From a candidate division WWE3 bacterium (GTDB taxonomy: Bacteria > Patescibacteriota > WWE3 > JAUXAW01), in the NCBI GenBank assembly GCA_030619715.1, contig JAUXAW010000003.1:1-50619 (forward strand): a stretch of 50,619 nucleotides of DNA, in the 5' to 3' direction. Every line of letters starts with the position of its first letter. Positions within the stretch are counted from its first letter, which is position 1. The notes under the pieces are model-generated. The model worked only from the letters and a program-made list of their open reading frames with translations, was not told where the DNA came from and made no database searches. A program made the position numbers and the translations under genes. This document shows positions 23,772 through 32,866 of the stretch, piece by piece.

Positions 23772-24179
23772 TTAGCTATTGCCGCTTTCTTTCAAAAACT
23801 TTTTGACCTCTTCAATAATCTGAGTAGGGGTGTAGGCGGCTTTGATCAGATACCCCGCGGCGCCGAGAGAGAAGCCCTCGCGGATGACGCTATCTTGGCC
23901 AAGGTTGGTCAGGAGAACAACGGGAATATCTTTGGTCTCGTCTTTTTCCTTCAAAGTCTTTAAAACATCCAACCCACTCATCTTCGGCAGCATAATATCC
24001 AGAAGAATAAGATCATATTTGCCTTCAACGGCTTTCAACAAGCCCCCCGGTCCGTCAACCGTAGTCTCGATCTCAAACCCCTCGCGACTCAACTCGCGGT
24101 CATAAAGGTCGCGAACGAAAAAATCGTCTTCGATGATCAGGATTTTTTTCTTTTCGGGATTTGTCTGTCCTTCTGTCAT
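23772..24179 (-). CDS. Single-domain response regulator (CheY-like receiver)
   Basis: KKILIIEDD, LILLDIMLP (phospho-acceptor Asp), LTN, GYLIKA. Start ATG 24179 (alternative GTG 24200). Confidence 0.85.
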   Translation of the reverse strand: MTEGQTNPEKKKILIIEDDFFVRDLYDRELSREGFEIETTVDGPGGLLKAVEGKYDLILLDIMLPKMSGLDVLKTLKEKDETKDIPVVLLTNLGQDSVIREGFSLGAAGYLIKAAYTPTQIIEEVKKFLKESGNS

Positions 24180-24200
24180 CCTACAAGGAGGATACCACAC

Positions 24201-25634
24201 CTACCTTTCACTTTCAAGCAGCTTCTCAACCCTCTCTTTTTCTTCTTTGATCTGAGTGAAGAGTTGGGCATTTTCCAAAGCTAAGGCGGCGGGGTCGGCA
24301 ACGGTTTGCAGGAGATTGAGTTCCTCAAGGGAATACAATTCTTCGGAAAGCTTTGGTCCTAAAGCCAAAACCCCCCGGAGTTTTTCCCGACTGCGGAGGG
24401 GAACAAAAAGTTCCAGGCCTTGTTGGTCTAGTTCTTCAAGAGGAATCTTTTTCTCCCTAAGGTCATAAACTAGCCGGACATCGTCTGATTGGTTAAGGAA
24501 CTGAGCCAGCGGCCTATCTGTGGTGAAGACAATTTGCTTGGCTTCTTCTTCTAATCCTTTGGAAAAAGCTAAGTGTAGGCGGTTGGTTCCTCTCTTGACA
24601 AGAAAGAGACCAGCCTTACCAACTTGCAGAGTTTCTAAAACAGAGTTAACCAGAGATTCGGTTAGCATCTTCAGATCCAAGGTTGAGGCGCAAGCCTCCG
24701 AAAGATGAGAAACAAATTTCTGGGGATCATATTTGCGGCGGAAGAAGACCTTATCGATAAACTTCTGGGTGGCGTTTTGTAGTGGTTGAAAGACTAAAGC
24801 CACAACCAGAGCGGTCGAAACAATCGCCGGTATCGAAATCGGTACTTCAGCTCTTTGGAAAATGAGTTGGAGAAGGAGGGAGAAGAAAAGATAGATTCCC
24901 GTCACCGCCGCTGTCAGAATCGAGTACAAGAGACCCTTGCGGATGATGACGGTGATATCCAAAAGTTGGTACTTAAGAATAGTGTAAGCAAAAAGGGTCA
25001 CACTTATACTCATCACCACCATGTCTACAGGGTAAGAGCGTAAGGGGGGAAGCAAGACTGCAATAAAACCGATTGGAATAAGTAGTATCCCCAAAAAGAG
25101 ATGTTTGTAGCGGTTCCGCTCAATCGCCGATTTTGAATAGCGGTACGCTCTTAAGAGGTTAAAAGCGGCGACAAAAAAAGGGAGAAGGAAAAAAGGGAGG
25201 GCACTTATGACTCCAGCCACATTCGGAACCATGAGGTAAAATTGGGCTGTTTCACTCCAAACAACATCTTTGATTAAAATTCCAGGCAGAAGGAAATTGA
25301 GAACAACAGAGGGAGCGTATAACAAAGCTGCTCCTCGAACCAGCCATTTAGGAACTTTCTTCTTTAAGAGCTTTTGGACGAAGGTGTAAAAAAGAAAAGG
25401 AGTGGGGAGAAGAAAGATGCCTGAGCGGTAGAGTAAAAGGGAAAGGTTGGGGTCGGGTCTCAGTACGATAGTACCCCCAGCAAGCTGAAGACCGAGCAAA
25501 GAAAGTAGGTAGAGGGCTAGAGAGCGGTTGAGCCAGCTTTTAGAATCTTTGCGAAGAATTAAAAAAATTAAGGTAGTATGGATGACTATAGAAAGAGCCG
25601 TAGTGGTAGTGGTAAGAATGTTAACAAAAGTCAT
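24201..25634 (-). CDS. Multi-pass membrane protein with a C-terminal GAF domain (no kinase domain)
   Basis: About 7 hydrophobic helices in the first ~290 aa. GAF-like region KAGLFLVK...FVPLRSREKLRGVLALG. ATGA overlap with the upstream kinase gene. Confidence 0.7.
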   Translation of the reverse strand: MTFVNILTTTTTALSIVIHTTLIFLILRKDSKSWLNRSLALYLLSLLGLQLAGGTIVLRPDPNLSLLLYRSGIFLLPTPFLFYTFVQKLLKKKVPKWLVRGAALLYAPSVVLNFLLPGILIKDVVWSETAQFYLMVPNVAGVISALPFFLLPFFVAAFNLLRAYRYSKSAIERNRYKHLFLGILLIPIGFIAVLLPPLRSYPVDMVVMSISVTLFAYTILKYQLLDITVIIRKGLLYSILTAAVTGIYLFFSLLLQLIFQRAEVPISIPAIVSTALVVALVFQPLQNATQKFIDKVFFRRKYDPQKFVSHLSEACASTLDLKMLTESLVNSVLETLQVGKAGLFLVKRGTNRLHLAFSKGLEEEAKQIVFTTDRPLAQFLNQSDDVRLVYDLREKKIPLEELDQQGLELFVPLRSREKLRGVLALGPKLSEELYSLEELNLLQTVADPAALALENAQLFTQIKEEKERVEKLLESER

Positions 25635-27262
25635 ATTGGTAAACTAAAGTAAAAAGTACTCCCCTTCCCCGCCTCTGATTCAACCCAAATTTTTCCTCCA
25701 TGTAATTCTACCAAAGATTTGGCAATGTAGAGACCGAGGCCGGTGCCCTCGGACTCTGTCATCGGCGCCTGACCAACACGGTAAAACTTGGTAAAAAGTT
25801 TCTCAATCGCTTCGGTAGGAATGCCAACACCGGTGTCAGCGACGGCAACGACGACCTCGGTTTTGGTTTTTTCGAAAGAAACAGCTACACCCCCCTCTTG
25901 GGTGAACTTAATCGCGTTACTCAAGAGGTTCTCTAGAACCTCCCGGATTCTCTCGCGGTCGGCACGGATTTTGGGCATCTCCTCGGCTGGTTCCAAAACT
26001 TTGAGCTCCAGACCTTTTTCTGCGGCCATTTTTGAAAAACCGGCGGCGGCCTCTTTGGCCAGCTCAACGAGGGAAAACTCAACCGGTGTCAGTTCAACCT
26101 TTCCTTTTTCAATTCGGGAGATATTTAGAAGCGATTCAATGATTTCCAACTGCCGTTCGTTGGAGGTGAAGGCCCGCTCAATATAGAGTTTTTGCTCCTC
26201 GGTCAGCCCGCCCGTTCGGCCTTCGAGAAGCGAAGAGAGGTAACCTTTAACAGCAGAAATTGGTGTTCTGAGTTGGTGGGAAACTAAGGAGACGAAATCA
26301 ACCTTCATCTCCTCGAGCCGGCTTCTTTCGGAAACATCCTTGAGAACGGAAACGGCGCCAATGATCACACCTCGCTGGTCCTTGATTGGAGAAGTCGTTT
26401 CGGAAAGTATCACCTCGCTGCCGTCTTTGCCGGAGGCCCTGAGGGGGCCTTGGGAGAAGACTCTTTCGGTGCGGAAACACTTTTGGGCCAGGCAGGTTGA
26501 GGCCTTGCTGCAGATAACCTCACCTTTTTGGTCCTTGAACTGAAAAATTTCCCGGCAGGTTTTGCCCATTACCTCTTTGGCTTTCCAACCGGTCAGTTTT
26601 TCGGCGGCTTTGTTAAAAAGAACGATCTTTAAATCTTTGTCCACGGCAAAAACACCATCACCAATAGAGCGGAGGATTGCTTCGTCCTGTTTCTTTCGAC
26701 GTGAAAGCTCGTCGGCTAGTTCCTCAATTTTTCTTCTTTCGGCCTCGCGACGGAAGAATTCAGCAGTACTTAAATAACAAAAGAGGGCGACCAAAACCAA
26801 GGCGCCTATATTGGTCAGGTAATGCCGGCGGTAGGAACTAAAGGAAAGGAGGTCGAGCTGAAAGAAGTAAGTTTCGAAGATTATAAAAGCGATTTCGACG
26901 CCGAGGATGATCAGAAAGGCTTCGGCCCCGAGCATCGTCACCGAAACCATCAGGGGGACAAAAAGCAGGGGAAAGAACACTCCGGTTAGGGAGCCGGAGA
27001 AGTGGACGGTGGCGGCAACAATCAGGGCGAAGGTGATAGTGGTTACCAAAGTCATGGCGGCACTCTCGAAGCGGGGAAAGAAGAGACGGTAGTAGACAAA
27101 GGTGAAAGCGGCGGTGGTGGCAATGAGGTTGGTAAGAATTACCTGGTTTTGGACAATAACCGGAATGGGGACAAAGCGGATGACGGCCGCGGTGATGATA
27201 ATCAACAACCAGATGGCAACCTCAACCTGCCGGCGGTAATGTTTTAGTCGTTCTATTTCCAT
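25631..27262 (-). CDS. Sensor histidine kinase (membrane region + PAS + HisKA + HATPase_c)
   Basis: H-box VSHQLRTP, N-box LLSNAIKF, G-boxes DTGVGI and GTGLGL. PAS-like region between the TM block and the H-box. Confidence 0.9.
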   Translation of the reverse strand: MEIERLKHYRRQVEVAIWLLIIITAAVIRFVPIPVIVQNQVILTNLIATTAAFTFVYYRLFFPRFESAAMTLVTTITFALIVAATVHFSGSLTGVFFPLLFVPLMVSVTMLGAEAFLIILGVEIAFIIFETYFFQLDLLSFSSYRRHYLTNIGALVLVALFCYLSTAEFFRREAERRKIEELADELSRRKKQDEAILRSIGDGVFAVDKDLKIVLFNKAAEKLTGWKAKEVMGKTCREIFQFKDQKGEVICSKASTCLAQKCFRTERVFSQGPLRASGKDGSEVILSETTSPIKDQRGVIIGAVSVLKDVSERSRLEEMKVDFVSLVSHQLRTPISAVKGYLSSLLEGRTGGLTEEQKLYIERAFTSNERQLEIIESLLNISRIEKGKVELTPVEFSLVELAKEAAAGFSKMAAEKGLELKVLEPAEEMPKIRADRERIREVLENLLSNAIKFTQEGGVAVSFEKTKTEVVVAVADTGVGIPTEAIEKLFTKFYRVGQAPMTESEGTGLGLYIAKSLVELHGGKIWVESEAGKGSTFYFSLPI

Positions 27263-27302
27263 GGGCAGAGTCCCTCTCTAATGTTAAGCTAATAGTTGGG
27301 AG

Positions 27303-27331
27303 TTGTCAACGCAGAGTGTGTGATGTAATAT
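27303..27331 (+). promoter_or_regulatory. eno promoter: -35 TTGTCA (27303-27308), 17 nt, -10 TAATAT (27326-27331); ATG 10 nt downstream
   Basis: Read directly. No Shine-Dalgarno site, so leaderless or near-leaderless. Confidence 0.55.
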
Positions 27332-27341
27332 TGTAATAGCG

Positions 27342-28457
27342 ATGATTAAAAAAGTTTCGGCAAAAAAGATTTTGGATTCTTTCGGCAACTGGACGGTAGA
27401 GTCTCGTGTCGAGCTTAAGGATGGTACAGTCGCTCGGGCCTCGGTCCCCTCCGGAGTTTCCGTTTCCGGCTTTGAAGCGAAGACTGTTTCTGCAGATAAA
27501 GCAGTTAAAAATATCCAAAAACCTATTAATAAAGCGCTACAAGGGTTAAACCCTTGCAACCAAGCAACCATCGATAAAACTCTGATTGAGCTTGATGGAA
27601 CTTTTGATAAGTCAAAGTTGGGTGCCAACAGCATGCTCTCAGTCTCGCTTGCGCTTTGTAGAGCTGCGGCAAGGGCATCCGATGTTCCTCTCTACGAATA
27701 TATAAATAAGGAATTAGGAATTAGAAATTTGAAATTAGAAATTCCAGAGCTTATGGTTTTACTTTTCGAGGGTGGGAAGCATGGAAGTGGAAAATTGGCG
27801 GCACAAGAGTTTATGGCGATTGCCGACGATGTTGGTCACGGTTTGAAGTTATACGAAACAGTTAGGAGCCACTTGAAGAAAATGGGGGCTTCGATTTCGG
27901 TCGGGCTCGAGGGCGGCTTCACTCCGGACATTGAAGACAAAGAAGCGGTCGAGATTCTCAACTACATTTTAAACGGCAACCCCCTCGCTCTGGATATTGC
28001 CTATGATTCCTGTGTTAACAAAAATTTAAACTATCAATATTTCATTGGCGAATGTAATACTACTTCAATTGAGGACCCTTTTGGTTCCGACGATTGGGAA
28101 AGTTGGGTAGAGTTTACCAGGGGCTGGGGTTCGCAGGTGCTGGTCGTCGCCGATGATTTGGTCGCGACCAATCCCGAGCGTTTGGAAAAAGCGATTGAGT
28201 TACGGGCGGCAAATGCGGTGATTATCAAACCGAACCAAATTGGAACTTTGACCGAGACTTTGGCGGTGGTCAAAATGGCCAAAAACGCTGGCTGGAAGGT
28301 TATTGTTTCCCATCGTGCTGATGAGACTAATGACAGTTTTATCGCCGACCTTGCCGTCGGCGTCGGTGCCGACTACGTTAAATTCGGCGGCTTCTCCCGC
28401 GGCGAACGCCTTGCCAAATACAACCGCCTCCTCGAAATTCAACGCGAACTGAAGTGA
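27342..28457 (+). CDS. eno: Enolase (phosphopyruvate hydratase), short 371-aa form
   Basis: SVPSG, QEFM, LEGGF, ALDIA, IEDPF, VADDL, IKPNQIGT, SHRADET, KFGG..RGERLAKYNRLLEI match the enolase catalytic and metal residues. Confidence 0.9.
   Translation: MIKKVSAKKILDSFGNWTVESRVELKDGTVARASVPSGVSVSGFEAKTVSADKAVKNIQKPINKALQGLNPCNQATIDKTLIELDGTFDKSKLGANSMLSVSLALCRAAARASDVPLYEYINKELGIRNLKLEIPELMVLLFEGGKHGSGKLAAQEFMAIADDVGHGLKLYETVRSHLKKMGASISVGLEGGFTPDIEDKEAVEILNYILNGNPLALDIAYDSCVNKNLNYQYFIGECNTTSIEDPFGSDDWESWVEFTRGWGSQVLVVADDLVATNPERLEKAIELRAANAVIIKPNQIGTLTETLAVVKMAKNAGWKVIVSHRADETNDSFIADLAVGVGADYVKFGGFSRGERLAKYNRLLEIQRELK
27710..27744. repeat. Tandem heptamer GGAATTA GGAATTA GAAATTT GAAATTA GAAATTC inside eno
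   Basis: Read directly. Encodes KELGIRNLKLEI. Contains ATTAGAAATT, also present in the pheS-pheT spacer repeat. Confidence 0.85.
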
Positions 28458-28493
28458 CGACTTTAGTCGTTATGGTAACAAACAAGTTTGTCA

Positions 28494-29186
28494 CTACGAT
28501 TTCGAAGGGATGAGATAAGAAGCGTAGTCTTGGCCGAGGGGGTTTTCGAGTTCTAACATTTGTTCGATAGAAAGATTTTCGAAGTGCATCCTAATCAAGC
28601 GCATTGTGTTGTTGGTGCAGGAGATGGCAACATTAATTTTTTCTTTTTTCATTCTCTCTTCCAAATTCTGACAAAACTTTTTGAGACGATTCTCCCAGAC
28701 CATTTTTAAGCTCTCCCCTCCCGGCGGAGGAAAATCCCACGAGCGGCGATACTGGAGACAAAGTTCGGGGTCTTTTTTGTTGAGTTCGGTTTTGCTCGTC
28801 CCGGTCAGCCTACCGTAATCTCTTTCGACCAAAAGCTTGGCGGCCTCTTTTTTGGTTCCGGGATAGTATTTTAAAACCTCTTCAAGAGTACGTTCGGCCC
28901 GATCGGATTTGCCCTCGGCGATGTCCGAAAAGACGGCCAGATCGATCTTTTTGTCCTTTAATTTTTCGGCTAGCACTTTTGCTTGTTCGATGCCTTCTGG
29001 CGTCAGTAGTGAGTTTCTCCGACCGGAAAAAATGCGGTTTTTGTTGTCCTCGGTTTCTCCGTGACGGAAGAGATAGAGAGTTGGTCCGCCAGAGGCGGAT
29101 TCGTCAGCTTTTGGCAAAGGTTTAGTCGCAAGGCCGGGATGAGCTAGAGACTTTTGGGCTGATTCTAAAGAGGCAACAGTTACCAT
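28494..29186 (-). CDS. Histidine phosphatase superfamily protein (phosphoglycerate-mutase-like)
   Basis: LYLFRHGETEDN (RHG motif). TGgTAAACT lies 9 nt upstream of the ATG (leaderless). Confidence 0.78.
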   Translation of the reverse strand: MVTVASLESAQKSLAHPGLATKPLPKADESASGGPTLYLFRHGETEDNKNRIFSGRRNSLLTPEGIEQAKVLAEKLKDKKIDLAVFSDIAEGKSDRAERTLEEVLKYYPGTKKEAAKLLVERDYGRLTGTSKTELNKKDPELCLQYRRSWDFPPPGGESLKMVWENRLKKFCQNLEERMKKEKINVAISCTNNTMRLIRMHFENLSIEQMLELENPLGQDYASYLIPSKS

Positions 29187-29227
29187 CTTGTTATCAGTTT
29201 ACCAGAATGGTAGACTAATGAAAATAA

Positions 29228-29255
29228 CAAATCTCAAGCACCAAATCTCAAACAA
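29228..29255. repeat. Heptamer array CAAATCT CAAGCAC CAAATCT CAAACAA upstream of the four-helix-bundle gene
   Basis: Read directly. Same unit family as 41624-41647, and the complement of 8595-8629. Confidence 0.8.
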
Positions 29256-29261
29256 TATCAA

Positions 29262-29627
29262 ATGACCGAAATTCAAAATTCCAAACGATACGATTTAGAG
29301 GAGCGAACATACAAGTTCGCGAGGCGATGTAGAGATTTCGTTAAGGGATTACCTAGAACAATCCCAAATATTGAGTATGGTAAACAACTTGTAAGATCAT
29401 CCGGCTCACAAGCCTCAAATTACATTGAAGCGAACGAATCGTTAAGCAAGAAAGATTTTATACACAGGGTTAAAATCTGTCGGAAAGAAGCTAAGGAGAG
29501 CCGTTTGTGGTTGAGGTTGTGTGATACCGGCGGTGATCAAGGGTTAATGACGGAGCAGAAAGAGCTTATTCAAGAAGCAATCGAACTAACAAAGATATTT
29601 AGCTCGATTTTGGAGAAAAGTAAGTAG
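29262..29627 (+). CDS. Four-helix-bundle protein (23S rRNA intervening-sequence protein / Avd-like family)
   Basis: YDLEERTYKFARRC..F...LP......GKQLVRSSGS...NY.EA......KDFIHR..I..KEAKES..WL is a typical family signature, as recalled. Confidence 0.82.
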   Translation: MTEIQNSKRYDLEERTYKFARRCRDFVKGLPRTIPNIEYGKQLVRSSGSQASNYIEANESLSKKDFIHRVKICRKEAKESRLWLRLCDTGGDQGLMTEQKELIQEAIELTKIFSSILEKSK

Positions 29628-29690
29628 TTTTGAATTTAAATATTTGAGTTTTGAATTTGTTTGTTATTTGGAATTTGTGATTTGAGATTT
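29628..29690. repeat. TTTGA/GATTT-rich repeat block (complement orientation of the CAAATCT family) downstream of the four-helix-bundle gene
   Basis: TTTTGAATTTAAATATTTGAGTTTTGAATTTGTTTGTTATTTGGAATTTGTGATTTGAGATTT. Contains inverted matches to 29221-29255. Confidence 0.75.
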
Positions 29691-29693
29691 ACT

Positions 29694-30632
29694 ATGTTTG
29701 ACATAGTTACAATCGGCGGAGCCGTCCAAGATTTATTTTTTGTCAGTCCCGATTATGAGGTTCGGGACGATGACCTCATTTTTACCTGGGGCGAAAAGTT
29801 CGTCGTTGATGATTTGGTTCAGGATGTGGGTGGTGGGGCCTGCAACAGTGCGGTCGGTTTCTCTCGATTGGGCTTAAACACGGCAATTTGGGCTCGGGTC
29901 GCCGATGATCCCGCCGGTGATTTTATCTTGCGAAGGTTGAAAAATGAAAAGGTTTCTTTGGATTTTGTTGACCTCGTTGAGGGTGGGACCACTTCCTTAT
30001 CAAGCATTTTTGTTGACGAAACTGGTGAGCGCTCGATCGTGATGTTTAGAAACGGAAACGATGAGCTTGACCCCGATTGCATCAATTTCGAAAAAATCTT
30101 TGATAGCCACTGGCTGTTTGTCGCCGAACTGACCGGCGATCCCACTCCGCTGATTACGCAGATTTCCAAAGAGGCGCAGAAGAAAAATGTCAAGTTGGCG
30201 TTTGTTCCCGGACTTGATCAGTTGGAGCAAGGAGTGGAGGTACTAAAAGAAATTTTGCAGAGAACCGAGGTTTTGATTTTTAATGACTACGAAGCCGGCA
30301 AACTCTTGGGCCGAGGGGAATCTTTAAGGTATTCGGAGGACGAAGTCAAAGAAATGTTGAGAGAGCTAAGTAGTTTCGGGGTCAAAATCGTAGTAATCAC
30401 CAAGGATGTGGATGGGGCTCAGGCCTTTGATGGTAAGATGTTTTACAACCACCCCGCGCCGCGGGTTGGAAAAATTGTTGACACGACCGGCGCCGGCGAT
30501 GCTTTTGCCGCCGGTTTTGTTGGTGCTTTAGTTAAGGATCAAAGTGTTGAAGAGGCGTTGGAGTTGGGGACAAAGAATGCGGGGAGTGTGATCCAGAAGT
30601 TTGGCGCCCAAACCGGTTTGATAACTGTCTAA
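29694..30632 (+). CDS. PfkB-family carbohydrate kinase (ribokinase-like)
   Basis: IVTIGGAVQD, GGGACNSA, DTTGAGDAFAAGF. Start taken at ATG 29694 (MFDIVTIGG). Confidence 0.85.
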   Translation: MFDIVTIGGAVQDLFFVSPDYEVRDDDLIFTWGEKFVVDDLVQDVGGGACNSAVGFSRLGLNTAIWARVADDPAGDFILRRLKNEKVSLDFVDLVEGGTTSLSSIFVDETGERSIVMFRNGNDELDPDCINFEKIFDSHWLFVAELTGDPTPLITQISKEAQKKNVKLAFVPGLDQLEQGVEVLKEILQRTEVLIFNDYEAGKLLGRGESLRYSEDEVKEMLRELSSFGVKIVVITKDVDGAQAFDGKMFYNHPAPRVGKIVDTTGAGDAFAAGFVGALVKDQSVEEALELGTKNAGSVIQKFGAQTGLITV

Positions 30633-32221
30633 TGAGCGAAATTATCAAAAAACCCCAATCCTACTTTAAACTTCCTCCCAATCTTCCCGACTACGCTGAC
30701 TTCTATCATTCCTTCCGTTGGTCTGATATCGATGAGGAAATTGAGTTTCCGGAGACCGACAAAACCGCTTTGTATTGGGAAGGAAAAAATGGCGAAAAGA
30801 AGCAGTTTACCTACAAGGAGTTGGGCGCGCTGGCGAACGGTTTTTCTAAATTCTTGACGGAAGAGTTGGGAATAGAAAAAGGCGATCGAGTTTTTTTCTT
30901 TCTCCCCCGTATTCCCGAACTTTATTACGGCGCGCTGGGAGCGGTTCGCGCTGGGGCGATTGTGGGTACCTTGTTTGCCGCCTTTGGAACCCAGGGTGCC
31001 TTTGAGCGGCTCAAAAACAGCGGTGCCAAAGTCTTGATTACCAATTCCGAACTTAGAGAGAGGATTAGAGGTGTAGAGAAGGATCTGCCGGAGTTAAAAG
31101 AGGTTGTTGAGATTGAGAATCTCGGTCTTGGGAGGGATAACCTCTCGCGAGGGGTTATCCCTCGAGGAAACGGTCCGGCGATAATGATGTATACCTCGGG
31201 GACGAGTGGGACACCGGTTCGGGGGATGGTGCTTCCCTACTCCGCTCTCGCCGTGCAAAAACTAACCGCCCAGTGGGTTTTGGATTTGCATCCTGAAGAT
31301 GTTTATTGGTGTAGCGCCGATCCGGGCTGGATTACCGGTATCGCCTACGGAATTTTTGGCGGTTGGTTGAACGGTGTTTCATCAGTAGTTTATGAGGGAC
31401 GGTTCAGCCCGGAAAAGTGGTATGAGATTTTGGAAAGGTACAAAGTCTCGGTTTGGTACACCGCGCCAACGGCGCTGCGGATGCTGCGGGGGGCCGGTGA
31501 TGAGTTGGCCAAAAAATTTGACTTTAGTCACTTGCGCCACATCTGCACCGTCGGTGAGGCGTTGGAACCGGAGTTGGTTTTCTGGAGTCAGAAAGTTTTT
31601 GGGATTCCGGCCCACGATACTTATTGGCAGACGGAGACGGGGGCGATGATGCTTTGCAACTTTATTTCCGAACCAATCAAACCTGGCTCGATGGGCAGGC
31701 CGGTGCCGGGGGTTGAGGCGGCTATTTTGGATGACGATGGCAAGGAGGTTGGGCCGAACGTTGAGGGGGACTTGGCTTTCAAATCTGGCTGGCCAAGTCA
31801 GATGATTGATGTTTGGAAAAACCCGAAGCGCTTTCAGAGCTACTTCAAGGGTGAGTGGTTTATCACCGGTGATTGCGCTTACAAGGATGAGGACGGCTAC
31901 TTTTGGTTCGTCGGTCGGGCCGATGATATGATCAAAACCGCCGGCGAGCGGGTCGGACCGTTTGAAGTGGAGTCAGCTTTAATTTCCCACCCGGACGTGG
32001 TTGAAGCGGCCGTAGTTGGCAAACCAGACCCTATCCGGGGTCAAATCATTAAGGCGTTCGTCGTTCCCGCAAGGCCTGGCCTTGCAAACCTTGAGGAGAC
32101 GCTAAAACAACACGTTAAAAAAACCCTCGCCGGGCATGCCTACCCAAGAGAGATTGAGTTTGTTCAAGAATTGCCAAAGACAAAAAGCGGTAAAATTATT
32201 AGGAGACTTCTGAAAACGTAA
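30632..32221 (+). CDS. AMP-forming acyl-CoA (acetyl-CoA-like) synthetase
   Basis: MMYTSGTSGTP, YWQTETG, GDCAYKDEDGYFWFVGRADDMIK, LPKTKSGKIIRR. Confidence 0.85.
   Translation: MSEIIKKPQSYFKLPPNLPDYADFYHSFRWSDIDEEIEFPETDKTALYWEGKNGEKKQFTYKELGALANGFSKFLTEELGIEKGDRVFFFLPRIPELYYGALGAVRAGAIVGTLFAAFGTQGAFERLKNSGAKVLITNSELRERIRGVEKDLPELKEVVEIENLGLGRDNLSRGVIPRGNGPAIMMYTSGTSGTPVRGMVLPYSALAVQKLTAQWVLDLHPEDVYWCSADPGWITGIAYGIFGGWLNGVSSVVYEGRFSPEKWYEILERYKVSVWYTAPTALRMLRGAGDELAKKFDFSHLRHICTVGEALEPELVFWSQKVFGIPAHDTYWQTETGAMMLCNFISEPIKPGSMGRPVPGVEAAILDDDGKEVGPNVEGDLAFKSGWPSQMIDVWKNPKRFQSYFKGEWFITGDCAYKDEDGYFWFVGRADDMIKTAGERVGPFEVESALISHPDVVEAAVVGKPDPIRGQIIKAFVVPARPGLANLEETLKQHVKKTLAGHAYPREIEFVQELPKTKSGKIIRRLLKT
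31132..31163. repeat. 32-bp near-perfect palindrome inside the acyl-CoA synthetase gene
   Basis: GAGGGATAACCTCTCG / CGAGGGGTTATCCCTC, one mismatch. Encodes GRDNLSRGVIPR just before the AMP-binding motif. Confidence 0.85.
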
Positions 32222-32862
32222 TGACACCTTTAAGTCAAGTTCTCGGAACCATAACTAGGTTTACTATCGATCTCGTTTCGACCCTCGGTTATCCGGGGAT
32301 TGTTTTGGCGATGGCGGCGGAAAATATTTTCCCCCCCATCCCCTCCGAGGCGATTATGCCCCTGGCCGGCTATCTGACAACGACCGGAAGGTTTAACCTT
32401 TTGTTAACCATTCTTTCTGGTGTTTTGGGGTCGTTGATTGGGGCGGTGGTTCTTTACTGCATTGGCGTCTGGGCGGGAAATTTGGCCTTTAGAAAATTCC
32501 TCGACCGCTACGGCCGCTTCTTGATGACGACTTCTAAAGACCTGGACGCGGCGGAAAAGTGGTTCGAGAGGCATGGCGAAAAGAGTGTCTTATTCGCACG
32601 AATGGTTCCAATCGTCCGCTCAATTATTTCCATCCCCGCCGGCTTCGTCAAAATGCCGCTCAAGAAGTTTATGATTTTTACCACTATTGGGACAACCGCC
32701 TGGACAACACTACTGGCAGTTGTTGGAGTTGTATTAGGGGAGAATTGGGAAAGAATAGGGCCGTGGATGAAGAAGTTCGATGTGGTGGTGATGGGAATAA
32801 TTTTGGTCTTGGTGGGGTATTATGTTTTTAGAAAGCTCAAGAATAGGAATTTTGGATTCTAA
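32221..32862 (+). CDS. DedA-family (SNARE-associated/VTT domain) membrane protein
   Basis: ENIFPPIPSE, FARMVPIVRSIISIPAG. Four to five TM segments. TAATG overlap with the previous gene. Confidence 0.85.
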   Translation: MTPLSQVLGTITRFTIDLVSTLGYPGIVLAMAAENIFPPIPSEAIMPLAGYLTTTGRFNLLLTILSGVLGSLIGAVVLYCIGVWAGNLAFRKFLDRYGRFLMTTSKDLDAAEKWFERHGEKSVLFARMVPIVRSIISIPAGFVKMPLKKFMIFTTIGTTAWTTLLAVVGVVLGENWERIGPWMKKFDVVVMGIILVLVGYYVFRKLKNRNFGF

Positions 32863-32866
32863 TTTT

